Source: Sphagnum compactum (Eukaryota). Taken from it: DNA of 64,000 bases. The translations under genes were made by a program, and so were the position numbers. Below, in pieces: positions 13,685 through 24,656 of the stretch (positions are counted from its first letter, which is position 1; the number at the start of each line of letters is the position of its first letter). The notes under the pieces are model-generated. The model had not been told where the DNA came from and ran no database searches. It saw only the letters and a list, made by a program, of their open reading frames with translations. The stretch spans positions 36,508,213 through 36,572,212 of the forward strand of contig OZ234493.1 in NCBI GenBank assembly GCA_965153455.1, in the 5' to 3' direction.

Positions 13685-14030
13685 CCTTGAAAAGCTTCAA
13701 TAAAATCATAATATTTTTGGTTGAATTGAGCAGGCAAATTACTTCATTCCTTTTCTTTAGACATCAAATCCTAAAAATTGGTATGATTTCATGTCCTTTT
13801 ATGGTAATATGCAAGTTTTTTGTAGGTAGACTTAAATGATTTTCATTTATCTTTGCACATGATGTCATTTTTTGATGTTTTGTTTTTCATTTCATTTTGC
13901 AACTTTTCAGCGATTCTATCCCAACATTGCACAATAGAGACCATGTTTGCTTTGGGATCAATGAGCTCTTTTTGAATGTTGTGTTTTGCATGTTTACAAG
14001 TGATGAGTGCCAACATTTCACGATGCTCCC
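13685..14030 (-). mobile_element. Myb/SANT (trihelix-like) accessory ORF remnant of a Harbinger element
   Basis: 'EMLALITCK...MVSIVQCWDRIAEKL...MCKDK*KSFKSTYKKLAYYHKRT*NHTNF*DL...LPAQFNQKYYDFIEAFQG'. It faces the transposase piece; PIF/Harbinger elements carry such a Myb/SANT partner ORF. Stops fall at expected Trp codons. Confidence 0.7.
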
Positions 14031-16668
14031 AACACTACAACAAAATGTGGGTGTAGTTCATTAGTCCTTGTTCATTAGACCAATATTTCATTATTTTCCA
14101 ACTAGTCCCCGTTTACTAAGACTAATGAATTCAATCAAAATTTAATGAAATCACTTGGTGTACTTGGACACCTTTTGTTGTAGTGCAATTGTTATGTATT
14201 TGTTGTGGAACTATAAGTTTTTATGATCCATTGTTTCTTGGTTTAACACCACCATGACCTTTTCCTCAACTAGTTGTTGACCAATTTGCTTAAGAATTTG
14301 TGTTTGGTTATGAGTTTGTTATCAAAGTTATGACCGTTAAGGAACTTACATGCAAATTTACACTTATTTATGGATTCACACCACTAACATGTGAACTTGC
14401 CATTTTTGAAGCAATTCATTGGAGCTTTTTATGTGTGTTTATGCATTCCCACTTTTGTAATAATCTACCGCAATAGTTTTCAAATTGCTAGTTTACCATC
14501 ACCAATAAGCTCTTATGAGAGCGAGAATTTACAATTTTCATAGATTTTCCCATTCACATTTTCTATAATGATTGCGATATCAAACATTGTTAATCATTTC
14601 GTTGAATTGCCATGTAAGCATTACGCATCTTTTATTTATTGATTTACCCAAGCATGTTTGAACAAAGTTTGTAAACTAACGTACTACCACCATTGGTATT
14701 GCTAGGTGTGAACCTACTTTAAATGGTCACTTCTATAATTAAAGTAATGGGTGCAATGTTGAGTATAAACTACATCAAAGCCATTCCTTGCATCATTGAT
14801 GGGTACTGCATCAAATACCACATCAGTTGCGTTGATACAATATTGGTGTTGATTTGCATCATCAATGTTCCCATCGGAAATGTGTATGGATTTGACCCAT
14901 ACCAATATGGTGGTGTCATATTTGAAGTTGGTTGTTCATTTGTTGGATTGCTAATCACTAACGTTTCTATGTTTGAATTATAAAAACTAGAAAAGTAGGA
15001 AGTGGACTTATTGTAGGTCATATCAAACTTTATAATTAATTTGTGGGTTTTCCTATAAATTCATTTTTTATATGAAAAATTACCATACTTTAGTGAACAA
15101 TAAATGTTTGAATTCTTTTGCAATGTATAGATAATCTTTGACAACATGTTCATTAGTATAATAGATCCTACAAGTGAATTATTGATTGGTACAATCTTGA
15201 ACCAATTAAACATAGTTCTTGCATTGATCGATCCTCAACTATGATCAATTTGATCCAAATTTTGGTAGTCAACATTGATTGTAACAACATTATGTGGATC
15301 TTTTTAATATTGAAAAATTTATACACCTTTTTTATATAATTCATCCATCTTCCATTTCTTGTTATTTTGCAAGTTTTACATTAGTATTTCGAATTTGTTT
15401 TGGTCCCATATCATATTTAAAAGTGAAAACTCCTTTGATCCATAGTCAAACCATTTGCTCTAGTTTTATTGATAGTCCAACCTTATCAATTACAACTAAT
15501 CTAGTTCCAATTGTGCCTTTTTGTTTAAAAAGGATTTTCATGTTGGATTGGTGAACTTTTGACACTTTCAGACTAATTTTTTACATTAGCCAAGATCCTT
15601 TAATTGGTAATTCCACTTACATTTTTAGTTCATCATTTCAATCTAAAACCAATCACACATTATGGTTGATTGATATTCACTTCTCTTGAAATCCTTTAAA
15701 TAAATATCATTTTTAATGCACTATCGTTTTACCCTTCTAATTTTTGATTTGTTAATTAATCTATTTGTTTCTATACACTTTTTGTTACAATTTTAGACAT
15801 TCTAAAGCTTATTACATAATTATGAAAATAAAATTTGGTATGTCTTGAAATTCTAGACCTTTTAATAGTCAAAATTAAAGTCTTTTACATGTTAAGACCA
15901 AATCCATATCAACATCCTATTCAAAATTTCAAATAAGTAATGTAGAAAATAAACTTTTGAATCTATAATTCAGAAAATCACAAAAAAAAATTTAATTAAC
16001 ATAATGAAATCAATGTTACAGCTAAAGATTAAACAAAATCATTTTTCAAGATGGTCCCCAAATGGAAAAAGGATATACATTTTTCCTTTTATATTTATAG
16101 ACCATATTTATGCATAGATTTGGAATTCTACAACCTATTTTGTGTACAACATCTTTGAACTATATTCATTTTAAAAATATAATAAAATAGATTTATGAAA
16201 GTTCAAAGCAAAATTGAAAATTACAAACTTGTAAATGCAAATCAAAACTCAAATGAATTTTTCCTTCTAACCAAAAAATTAGAACAAAATAATTTATTAA
16301 TGTTTGAAATTCAAAAATCAATTTATGTCAAAAAATTTGCAATAATTATTTAAATTTCATATTCAAAGGTTCAAAAATAATATAACTAGTAAAACTAGCC
16401 AATAAATTCAATACGTACAAATCAAAATTGGAACCAATAAAAGTTATCGATACATGCTCTATTTTATAATCTACCCAAACGACTATATTACAAGTTTGAA
16501 TGTAATTACAAATCTTATTTATTATAAAACTTTTATAGAATTACTAAAAATTTATTATTATAGATGTTACCACAAATCAAAACCACTCTTTAACAACTTA
16601 TATCATGTGCATATTTACAAATGCAAACCAATTTTGAGCGGGTATTAAAAAATGCACCAAAACTTATT

Positions 16669-17490
16669 ATGTCATGACCTTGAATTGGGTATGTGACCAA
16701 TTCCATGGATGGGCAATTAGAAATATCCTTATTAAGATGAAAGGAAGTTGAATGTTTTCGAGTGGAATTGGTTCAAATAAAGAACCAAAACTTGGGAGGA
16801 GTGCAAAAAAATGCAAACACATTTTCATCTGAAGTGAATATGTGTGATAGTCAAAGAAAGGCATTCAAAGGACTCCAAAATTAACTCCCAGTTTAGGAGT
16901 TAAAGTGGAGCATGGTATCTTGCATATTTGGATCAATGAAAAATCCAAAAAGTGGGCTTTTTGTAGATTATTGGGAATGTCTTAATGAATAATACAATAA
17001 ACTAAAGTTGTATTCCCAATATATGGATCTATAACATAAGCTATGACCATTATTTGAATAGTTAGGAATCAAATTGCCAAAATGATTCCCAACCATTTAA
17101 ATGATAATTTGAAAGATCAAATCACCTTTGATTGAAAAAATGTGATGTTTTTAGAAAATTCTTTTGAAAGACCATAAATTTCTTTTGAAAATTTTCTATT
17201 TGGAAATGAAACGGTAAAGATACGAATCCCCAAAGTTGCAAGATTCATAACTTGATAATTTTGGGACTTCCATTAGGAATCCCAAGAAAAATTACAATTT
17301 ATATGTAGACCTTACACAAGGAACTATAATTTATACTATAGGGAGGAGAGTAGCAACTCTTCCCAGGTTTGAAACATGGTGATTCTTGTGAGTTTGTGTT
17401 GATCGGTTGTTCATTTGTCCAATTTTTGGTTTGAAATGCATTAATTACCTTCTTCTTTGATTTGTGTAATTTGATGTGAATAATGAATTC
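16669..17490 (+). mobile_element. Possible decayed LTR-like repeat
   Basis: Starts TGTCA and resembles, from memory, an abundant moss LTR-type repeat. No partner LTR or TSD is visible. Confidence 0.3.
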
Positions 17491-18159
17491 ATTATGAAAT
17501 TAATGAAATAGTCTTGCACAAAGTGGGAATTGTTAAGGGAAAAGACTCTCAATATCCCAAATTGAATTTGCACTTGAAAAGTTAAAACTTTTGAAAAATT
17601 ACAATTTCGAAAAATGAGGTTTAAGATCAAAACTTGTCCAAATGAAATGATATTTAAATCATTGGAAAGGTTTCACTGTAAGTTTAATGCAATGAGTTCA
17701 CATGGGCACAACGAAAAGAATTGCTTGAAAGTTATGAAAACTTGAAAACTTTGAATTGTTTTTCCCCATATGACTCCCAATCATTTAGAAAGCAATTTGA
17801 AGATCAAATGAAGTTTGATGGAATTCACAATTTGCAATACTAATCACCAATGAAACATATATATATAAGTGTCATGAAAACATATTACCAAACTTGATTC
17901 ACAAAAAAATGACAAAAAGGAAGGAAAAAAAAAACCACGTAAGGGATATTATAAGGCTATCGATATCATACATGTGAACAATTAAACTAATTAAACACAA
18001 TATGCTAATTTTATGAATGTTATGAAGATTCGACGAATAACATTATTACGTGAACATAAGAATTCGAAAGGCATTTGGCATGTTTTTAGGGCTTGACCAA
18101 ATGCAAATGGGAACTCTTCTCCCTTTGAAAACTTTATGTTTATGATTAGCAATACGAAG

Positions 18160-18481
18160 ACCATGAACCCTTTGAACTCATTTGAAACATGTGATGTCAT
18201 GAAACATTTGGACCATGAACCCCTTTGAACTCATTTGAAACATGTGATGTCATGAAACATTTGGACCATGAACCCCTTTGAACTCATTTGAAACATGTGA
18301 TGTCATGAAACATTTGGAAGGAATGTCATAACCTTTGTGCATGTTAATGAATCGTTTAACATCCCAATGGCATCCCCGAGATTGGATCATTATCAATAGA
18401 GTTCAATCATTTGCAAGGTCACAAATAAAAGTTCAATCACTTGCAAGGTTTCACAAATAAAGTTCAATCATTTGCAAAGGT
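18160..18481. repeat. Minisatellites: ~52 bp x3 followed by ~30 bp x3
   Basis: 'gaccatgaacccctttgaactcatttgaaacatgtgatgtcatgaaacatttg' x3 (18160-18317); 'agttcaatcatttgcaagg..' x3 (18400-18481). Confidence 0.9.
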
Positions 18482-18581
18482 CATAGTAAGTTGATGAAAT
18501 GTGCATCCTTGCAAAGCAAGACTTGATTGAGTTGGCTCAAACTTTCAAGCCACATAAACAAGAGAGGCTATCTTTCACTAA

Positions 18582-18917
18582 CGCCCTTAATCACCCTCCT
18601 AATCAGGCTTAATTTTTTTGGGTGTTGTTTTCTTTGCCCCCCAATGGGATCTCTTGCTTTTACTTCCCCACCAGCCGCCCCCTAATTAGGACCCCCCTAA
18701 TCACCCTCCTAATCATAGTTAGTGCGTTTGGTTTTGTTTTGTTTGCTCCAATGGGACCTCCTGCTTTCGTTCTCCACCACCCGTCCCCTAATTAGCGCCC
18801 ACTAATCAGCCTCCTAATTAGGCTTAGATCGTTTTGTTTTGTTTTTCTTTGCCCCCAATGGGACCTCTCATTTTCCTAATTGTTAGCGCCCCTAATCACC
18901 CTCCTAATCACGTTTAG
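18582..18917 (+). promoter_or_regulatory. ~105 bp tandem repeat (3+ copies) immediately upstream of the likely TSS of the 19-22 kb gene
   Basis: 'taatca.cctcctaat' occurs x4 and 'ccaatggga' x3, directly before the CT-rich first exon (~18960-19111). Confidence 0.55.
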
Positions 18918-19096
18918 TGTGTAGCATTTAATCCGGCGCCCCCCACCGCTTCTCCTTTTCTCCTCCTCGGCTTTCTCGTGCAGCTCTCCTCTCTCTCTCT
19001 CTTCTCTCGCAAGAGCTTCGGCAGCAGCGCTTGCAAGCAAGCAAGCAAGCGCCTGGTTTGTTTTGCTCCGGAAAACGCACTACTGTGCCTCGTTCA

Positions 19097-19625
19097 ATGC
19101 GTAGAGCTCAGGTATGCTTTACAGAAGATCTTTTGTTTTTCTTCTTTTTTAGTTTTGTTGTTGTGCTTATTTGATTCTCCTCCTTTCTCTCATGGTCTGC
19201 AACTCCAGCCTTCAGCTCTTCCCCATTTTGCTATCAGTTCTGTTTGTGAGTACTAGGGAGCATCTGTGTTCTGTTGTAGGGTATAGATGTTCTTCTGTTC
19301 CGCGCTTGCTTTCTTGCACAGCCTCGTCAGCCTTCTTGTGTTTTTAGTATTGTTCCTCCTTGAACCAGAGTGCCTTGTTCGTTTCCTTCCCGTCAGGTTT
19401 GTATCATTTCAGCTTTGCGGCGAGCGCCCTTTTTTGTGTCTGCGATCTGTTTCTTCTAGTTCCTTGCCCGGATTACGCACGCCGAGGTGTCTCGACTATC
19501 TTCCTCATCGTCTCAGGGTTGCTTTTGCATCTGTTAGTGAAGCGGTTGTTGTTCCCGTGCTGCTGCCGTAACTGTGGCACTGTCATTGCTGAGCATCTCT
19601 GCATCTTCTGAAAAAGATCTGCGTG

Positions 19626-19673
<48 letters not shown>

Positions 19674-21015
19674 CTCTCTCTCACGCCGCTCCTCTTTGCT
19701 GCCACTTCAGGTTTCTTCACTTTCTTCACTTGTCCCGCTTTGTAAGGATGATGCCGTGTCTGGAAGATCATGAAGCATCTTTGTCCTACCGCTTGTTCCG
19801 TTCTTTTGTCCTCCTGTATTCAGTCTTCCTGCTCGGGCTTCGTTTGTTTCTGTGACTTTGCGAGAAGCGATTCTGGATCTGTCCTGCACTTGCAGCTGCA
19901 TTCAATTCGGTAGCATGTTCTCTCTCTGGCTCCTTCAGTAGTACCATCGTTCCTTACGAGCGTTCCTGTGAGGGTTTGTCAACCTTGTAGACTGTATTGC
20001 TCCTAAAGTATTGAAAATTAGCGCGTGCTCCTTATCTTGTGTTAACTTCTGGTTCCTTCGCTCCTCCCTTACTTGCTCCTATGCCCTGAAGAGTTCTTCA
20101 AGTCCCTGTTTTGCCATTTGGTTAGCTGCAATCCAATTGTAGACTACTAATTGTCTAGTTGTCTCCAGTGTCTGAAGAGAGTCGTAGACATCTCCACCTG
20201 CCTGCAGCCAGAGTGTTCGAACCTGCCATTTTTATGATGGAGTTTGAATCTTTCCTGGTCTTCTCTCAATCGTTTTGGCTATGAGTGGAAAGGACTAGTT
20301 TGCATCTGGACTCAGTAGTTCTCCCCATATGATGGCATTTAGGTTTGACCCTACACATGTGTATCAATAGAAGATTCACAAAATGCTTGGTTTCAACAGT
20401 AGGATTGAATCATGGTTCCTGCTGCTGCATTGGGACAGCAAGGAACATTGGGACTGCATGATGGGTTGACATGATGGGATCTTGGCTCTTCCCATTGTTG
20501 ATCTGTAATTCATTCTGGCTGCTTTTAAGATTGGCAAGCTTTTAAGAAATCCTTTGTCTAGTTATCTTCTATGTCTGAAGAGAGTCTTAGACATCCCCTG
20601 CCTGCCTGTGGCCATAGTTCAAACCGCCTTTTTGACGGAGTTTGATATTTCTTAGTTTTCTCTTGATTGAGTTGGACATGGGTGGAAAGGACTAGTTTAC
20701 ATCTGCACTCAGTTCTCCCCATACGGTGGCCTTTAGGTTTTGTTAACATGTAGATCAACAGAAGATTGGTGAAATACTTGTTTTCAACAGTAGGATTGAA
20801 TCATGGTTCCTGCTGCATTGGAACAGCAAGGAACGTTGGGACCTTCTGATTGGTGATGATGATGAATCCGTGTGTAGCTTGTGGTGTGTTTTCTGCCTAG
20901 CAACACGAGCAGAATTTGGAGCCAAAAAAAAAAGTCTTGTGGATTACCTTCTCTCTGACGCTTATCTTTGTTTCAGGTTTCATGTTGGGTCCCTAGTGGT
21001 GCAAGATGGGTTTGA
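19097..21015 (+). CDS. Candidate intron-split uORF MRRAQ|VSCWVPSGARWV* (17 aa); exons 19097-19111 and 20977-21015
   Basis: ATG at 19097, donor CAG|GTATGC at 19111/19112, acceptor TTTCAG|G at 20976/20977, phase 0, TGA at 21013-21015. Confidence 0.5.
19627..19682. repeat. (CT)n microsatellite in leader intron
   Basis: Visible CT run of about 55 nt with one interruption. Confidence 0.95.
20151..20845 (+). repeat. Diverged ~300 bp duplication (period ~400 bp) inside the leader intron
   Basis: Copies 20151-20454 and 20554-20845 align throughout ('tgtctgaagagagtc', 'gtggaaaggactagttt', 'tttcaacagtaggattgaatcatggttcctgctgc'). Confidence 0.9.
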
Positions 21016-21561
21016 TGTCAGTGGAAGGCATTATACTCCTTATCATGTCAGATCTGCCTCATCTGTGATTCTTTGTCAAGCACCATTAGATTTTGACTGG
21101 CATCACTATCCTATAATTTTTTTCTTGAACTTCACCTCTTGTCCCAAATGCTATGGTAGCTGCCCAGCAGGTTCGTTTGTATGTGTGCAAATCTGGGTAC
21201 AAGTAAATGATTATGGCGTGGATGGGATTGTGATGTGCAGGACCTTGAAGCTCATTTTGTATATATGTGAGGCACTTTTAAAAGACAAGTTCAATTTTGT
21301 AGCACGATTTTCCAAATTTCCTTGATTGCCATCGGTCTTTTCAATATCCCATTGAAATGGCATAAATGGTCTTGTAAATGCTTTTGTTGAGAACAGTGAA
21401 AACAATAAAGGTGGTGTTACAGTGTGCATCCTGCAAACGACAGAAAATCTCTGTTGTCTTGGTGGTGAATACAAGTTGCCAAACTGGAGGTTTATGCAAG
21501 AAATCTCCCTGGAGTCCAGCAGCTTGCTGGTCCCTGGAACTCATTGGAAAATCGCCCTGAA

Positions 21562-22377
21562 ATGAGTGAATGGAGGAAGCAGAGAGCGGCTTATCATGGG
21601 GAACGAACTGAAGAGGAAGTGATATGTCCAAAACCAAGGCGTGCAACAAGTGTCTCAGGCCCTCTTACAGAGTTTATGAATCCATCTCGCAGGCGCCGAA
21701 GGTAACTACCTTTGAGCAGCCTAATTTAGATGCTTTCTGAAGCTCTATTGATACAACTTTCGGACTTATTGTGTTATAGTAGGCTCACTAGGTGTTTTTC
21801 TGCGTTCTGGAATATGGATTCCAACATGATAACTACTGCATTCTTTTTCAAGCTGGTTCGTTTTTGTTCTGTTTGGTGTATGTGTTTTGAGGTCTGACAT
21901 CCTCATACTCTGCTTATGTCAACATCTTGTTTTTCTGTTCTTGTGCAGCCGTACAACAGTGCGAGGTGAAGGTGATGCTGGTTTTGAAATACTTGACATA
22001 TTCCTTAGCAAGGTGAGTGTTTTGCATTGTATTTGTGTCAATTTGGGAACTGAGCAGCTTTGAACATGTTTAAAAGAATTTTGTGTTCTTTCAAGATATT
22101 GAATTTTTATTTCATTCTGTGACTGGTGCAGGGAGTATACAATGACACATCCAATTTTGCATGTTCGCCCCCTTACTTTTGTGGATCACCCCCTCGCCGC
22201 TCAGGCAACCCATTGATACATGATATTCAGTTTGTGCATCAAAGAGCTCAGTCAGTGCTGTCACAGCAGATCTTGTCTTGTGTACCTTCATCATACAAGG
22301 CAAATCCAGTGGTGCGCGTTGAAGGTTTTGCTTCATCTGGCTCCGATACATGCTGTCGTGTCTCTGCCTTTGCATAG
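21562..22377 (+). CDS. Conserved plant protein of unknown function (family of Arabidopsis At1g68490/At3g02555/At5g16110-like proteins); exons 21562-21701, 21949-22012, 22132-22377 (149 aa from AUG)
   Basis: Spliced product has family motifs 'EVICPKPRR', '[12 protein letters not shown]', '[23 protein letters not shown]' and 'PVVRVEGF'. Junction phases are consistent (450 nt). Family assignment is from motif recall. Confidence 0.85.
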
Positions 22378-24585
22378 TTGGGAGTCCCATGGAGCACTGC
22401 AACATTTGCAGGAGAGGCTCTTCAAAGAGGCAGTACATGCAGTTTGGTTTCACACCTCTGTGGGGGTATCATTTTGTTGGTCCACTTGACACCTTATTGT
22501 CTGGAGGAAGCCTGGAAGGTAGGGAGCATGGAAGTTTTCATCTCAGGTTGACTTGATCACTTGGATGCTGAAGGGCAGAGGTAAATTTTAGAAACAGAAT
22601 GTGTACTGATTTTGGGAGATTCATAATGTCTGCCTGGAGCCTACGGAAACCTTATTACATTCTTTTGGTGAAGCTGACTCAGAGTTGTTGAATAGACAGC
22701 TTGTTAGTTATGTAAGTCTTCTCCATCCACAATCCTGTATGCACAACGGAGCAGAGTAGAGAGACAAGAGAGCAAGTGTGGTGAGGTGAGACAACTAGTG
22801 AGAGCAACACTGCCGTGAATAGTTGTTGCTTAGCCCAAAATCATTGAGTTTTGCATCTTGAGAAAATTTGAGTTTCATCCTCTTAACGGCAATTAGTCCT
22901 GTACAGATATGTGACCACTGTAATCTTATTGTAATGTCCCTGTCATTTGACAACTGCCACTGTAATTTCACCCTTCAGCTTGAGCTCTATCCTTGTATCA
23001 CAACATTTCTGCAAATAAAGGTTTTACTATTTGTTACTGAACCTTTTGTCTTTGCCTAGAGTCCGCTATGATATTCACTTTACTACTGGAAAATGATACC
23101 TTGACATGTCGCATTGGAGATTTAAACAAATATTTGCAATGTTTTGACTTGCTTGACTTTCTGAAAACTAAAATTTGTTGTGCCTCAGGGTGCAACTGGG
23201 TGCAGGAGTCCCCACCTACCACCCTCCATGTACAGGCAGGTGCAGGAGTCTGCATCCACTACCCTCAATGTACATACAGGTGGGTGTCGGAGTCACCAAC
23301 TTCAACCCTCCTCCATGTATATCTCTCTATGTCTCAAAACTTAGCTGCTTGCTTGTACAGAGACAAATCAAAAACTGAAATGATGCTTACCTTCACGAGT
23401 GTGTTGTAGCTTGAATGACTGTACGATCAACATTTTCCATTAGTCTTTGAGTGTGCCAAACATCACTGGAAACCAGTATGCATTTACGCAGATACTGTAC
23501 AGTGGTTTGCCTGAAATTTTTGGCAGACTACAAGGTATTACCAATTTACACCCATTGTGCAGAGCTGCTGCTGATGTAGTTGTTGGGGTATTGATGGCAG
23601 CTCATCACTGTTACTTGTGATGAAGGTGATGGCCTTGAAATGTGAGCTTATGATGCATCACTGCCTTCTCTGTTGTGTCCGTCAATGTGTTGTTATGGAG
23701 ATGTCTCTGCAATCTTGCAGATATGACTCAAAACTGTTGCTCGGTTTTGTTTTTGCTCTGTCTTCTCTCAGGGTGGGTTTTCTCTCTTCCATGCTTTGCT
23801 GTATTGGGTTCCTGTTATGTTGCCAGGTTAAATATGTAACCTTATGGTCAGGGGGTTATATCTTGAATTTCTTTTCAAGTTCACTGAGAAATGGAGAAAT
23901 GCTCCACACGCAAGAAGATTTAGTATTTGTGTTGGCTCTTTGCCCCCCACCTTGTAGTGGTCAGATGGTACTACTACAGTTTTGCAGAAGACTACATTGA
24001 ATTAATGCACAAGTTTGTTTGTTTTCAAAGCCCTTTGTACCAAATAAAAGTCTGAAGGGACAGAATTGAATCATGAATTGTGGATGTTTGTGGAATTGAC
24101 ATGGACTGAAAAATATGAGTAGTTGAAATCAAGTTAGCCTTTCAACAAGGATTACAGAACAGTTAAAACTAAAATTAAAGAGGTGACAATGGGTGTTGAG
24201 AAACACCAATGTGAGCCCAAGAATGAACCCTTTGCAATTTTCCACAACACAAGGGAATGCAAGGAACTTTGAAAATGGGGAACAACTTGAAAGGGCATGC
24301 AAGGAACTTTCAAAGGGGGACAACTTCAAAGGGAATGTGAGGAACTTTGAAAATGGGGAACAACTTCTAAGAGAATTCCAGTTAATCCCAGTGCTGTAAA
24401 TCCAAAGGTCAGCTCATAAATGGATTTAAAGGAACAACTTCAAAGAGAATTCAAGCTGATCTGAGTGCTTGAACTCCTAGGTCAGGTTGTAAATGACGTT
24501 TACAAAAATAGCCCCTGCAGGACATGTGTAGAAAATTGTCCACTCAGCATCTCGTAGGCCAACTAACAACTCGCGTGTGCTCAGA

Positions 24586-24656
24586 GGCCAGTGTTGGCTG
24601 ATGTGCAAGGTTGCCCTTGTCCTTCTCAAGGGCAAACCTCGCACATTAGCCTGGCC
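24586..24656. other. Strong GC-rich stem-loop between two convergent genes
   Basis: 24596-24619 ggctgatgtgcaaggttgcccttg pairs with 24627-24651 caagggcaaacctcgcacattagcc (7-nt loop), extended by ggcca/tggcc. Confidence 0.75.

Noticed and set aside
21378..21500. Resemblance of the uORF ('KTIKVVLQCASCK...GG') to ribosomal protein eL42/L44
   Set aside because: Only a few residues match and the rest does not align; probably chance.
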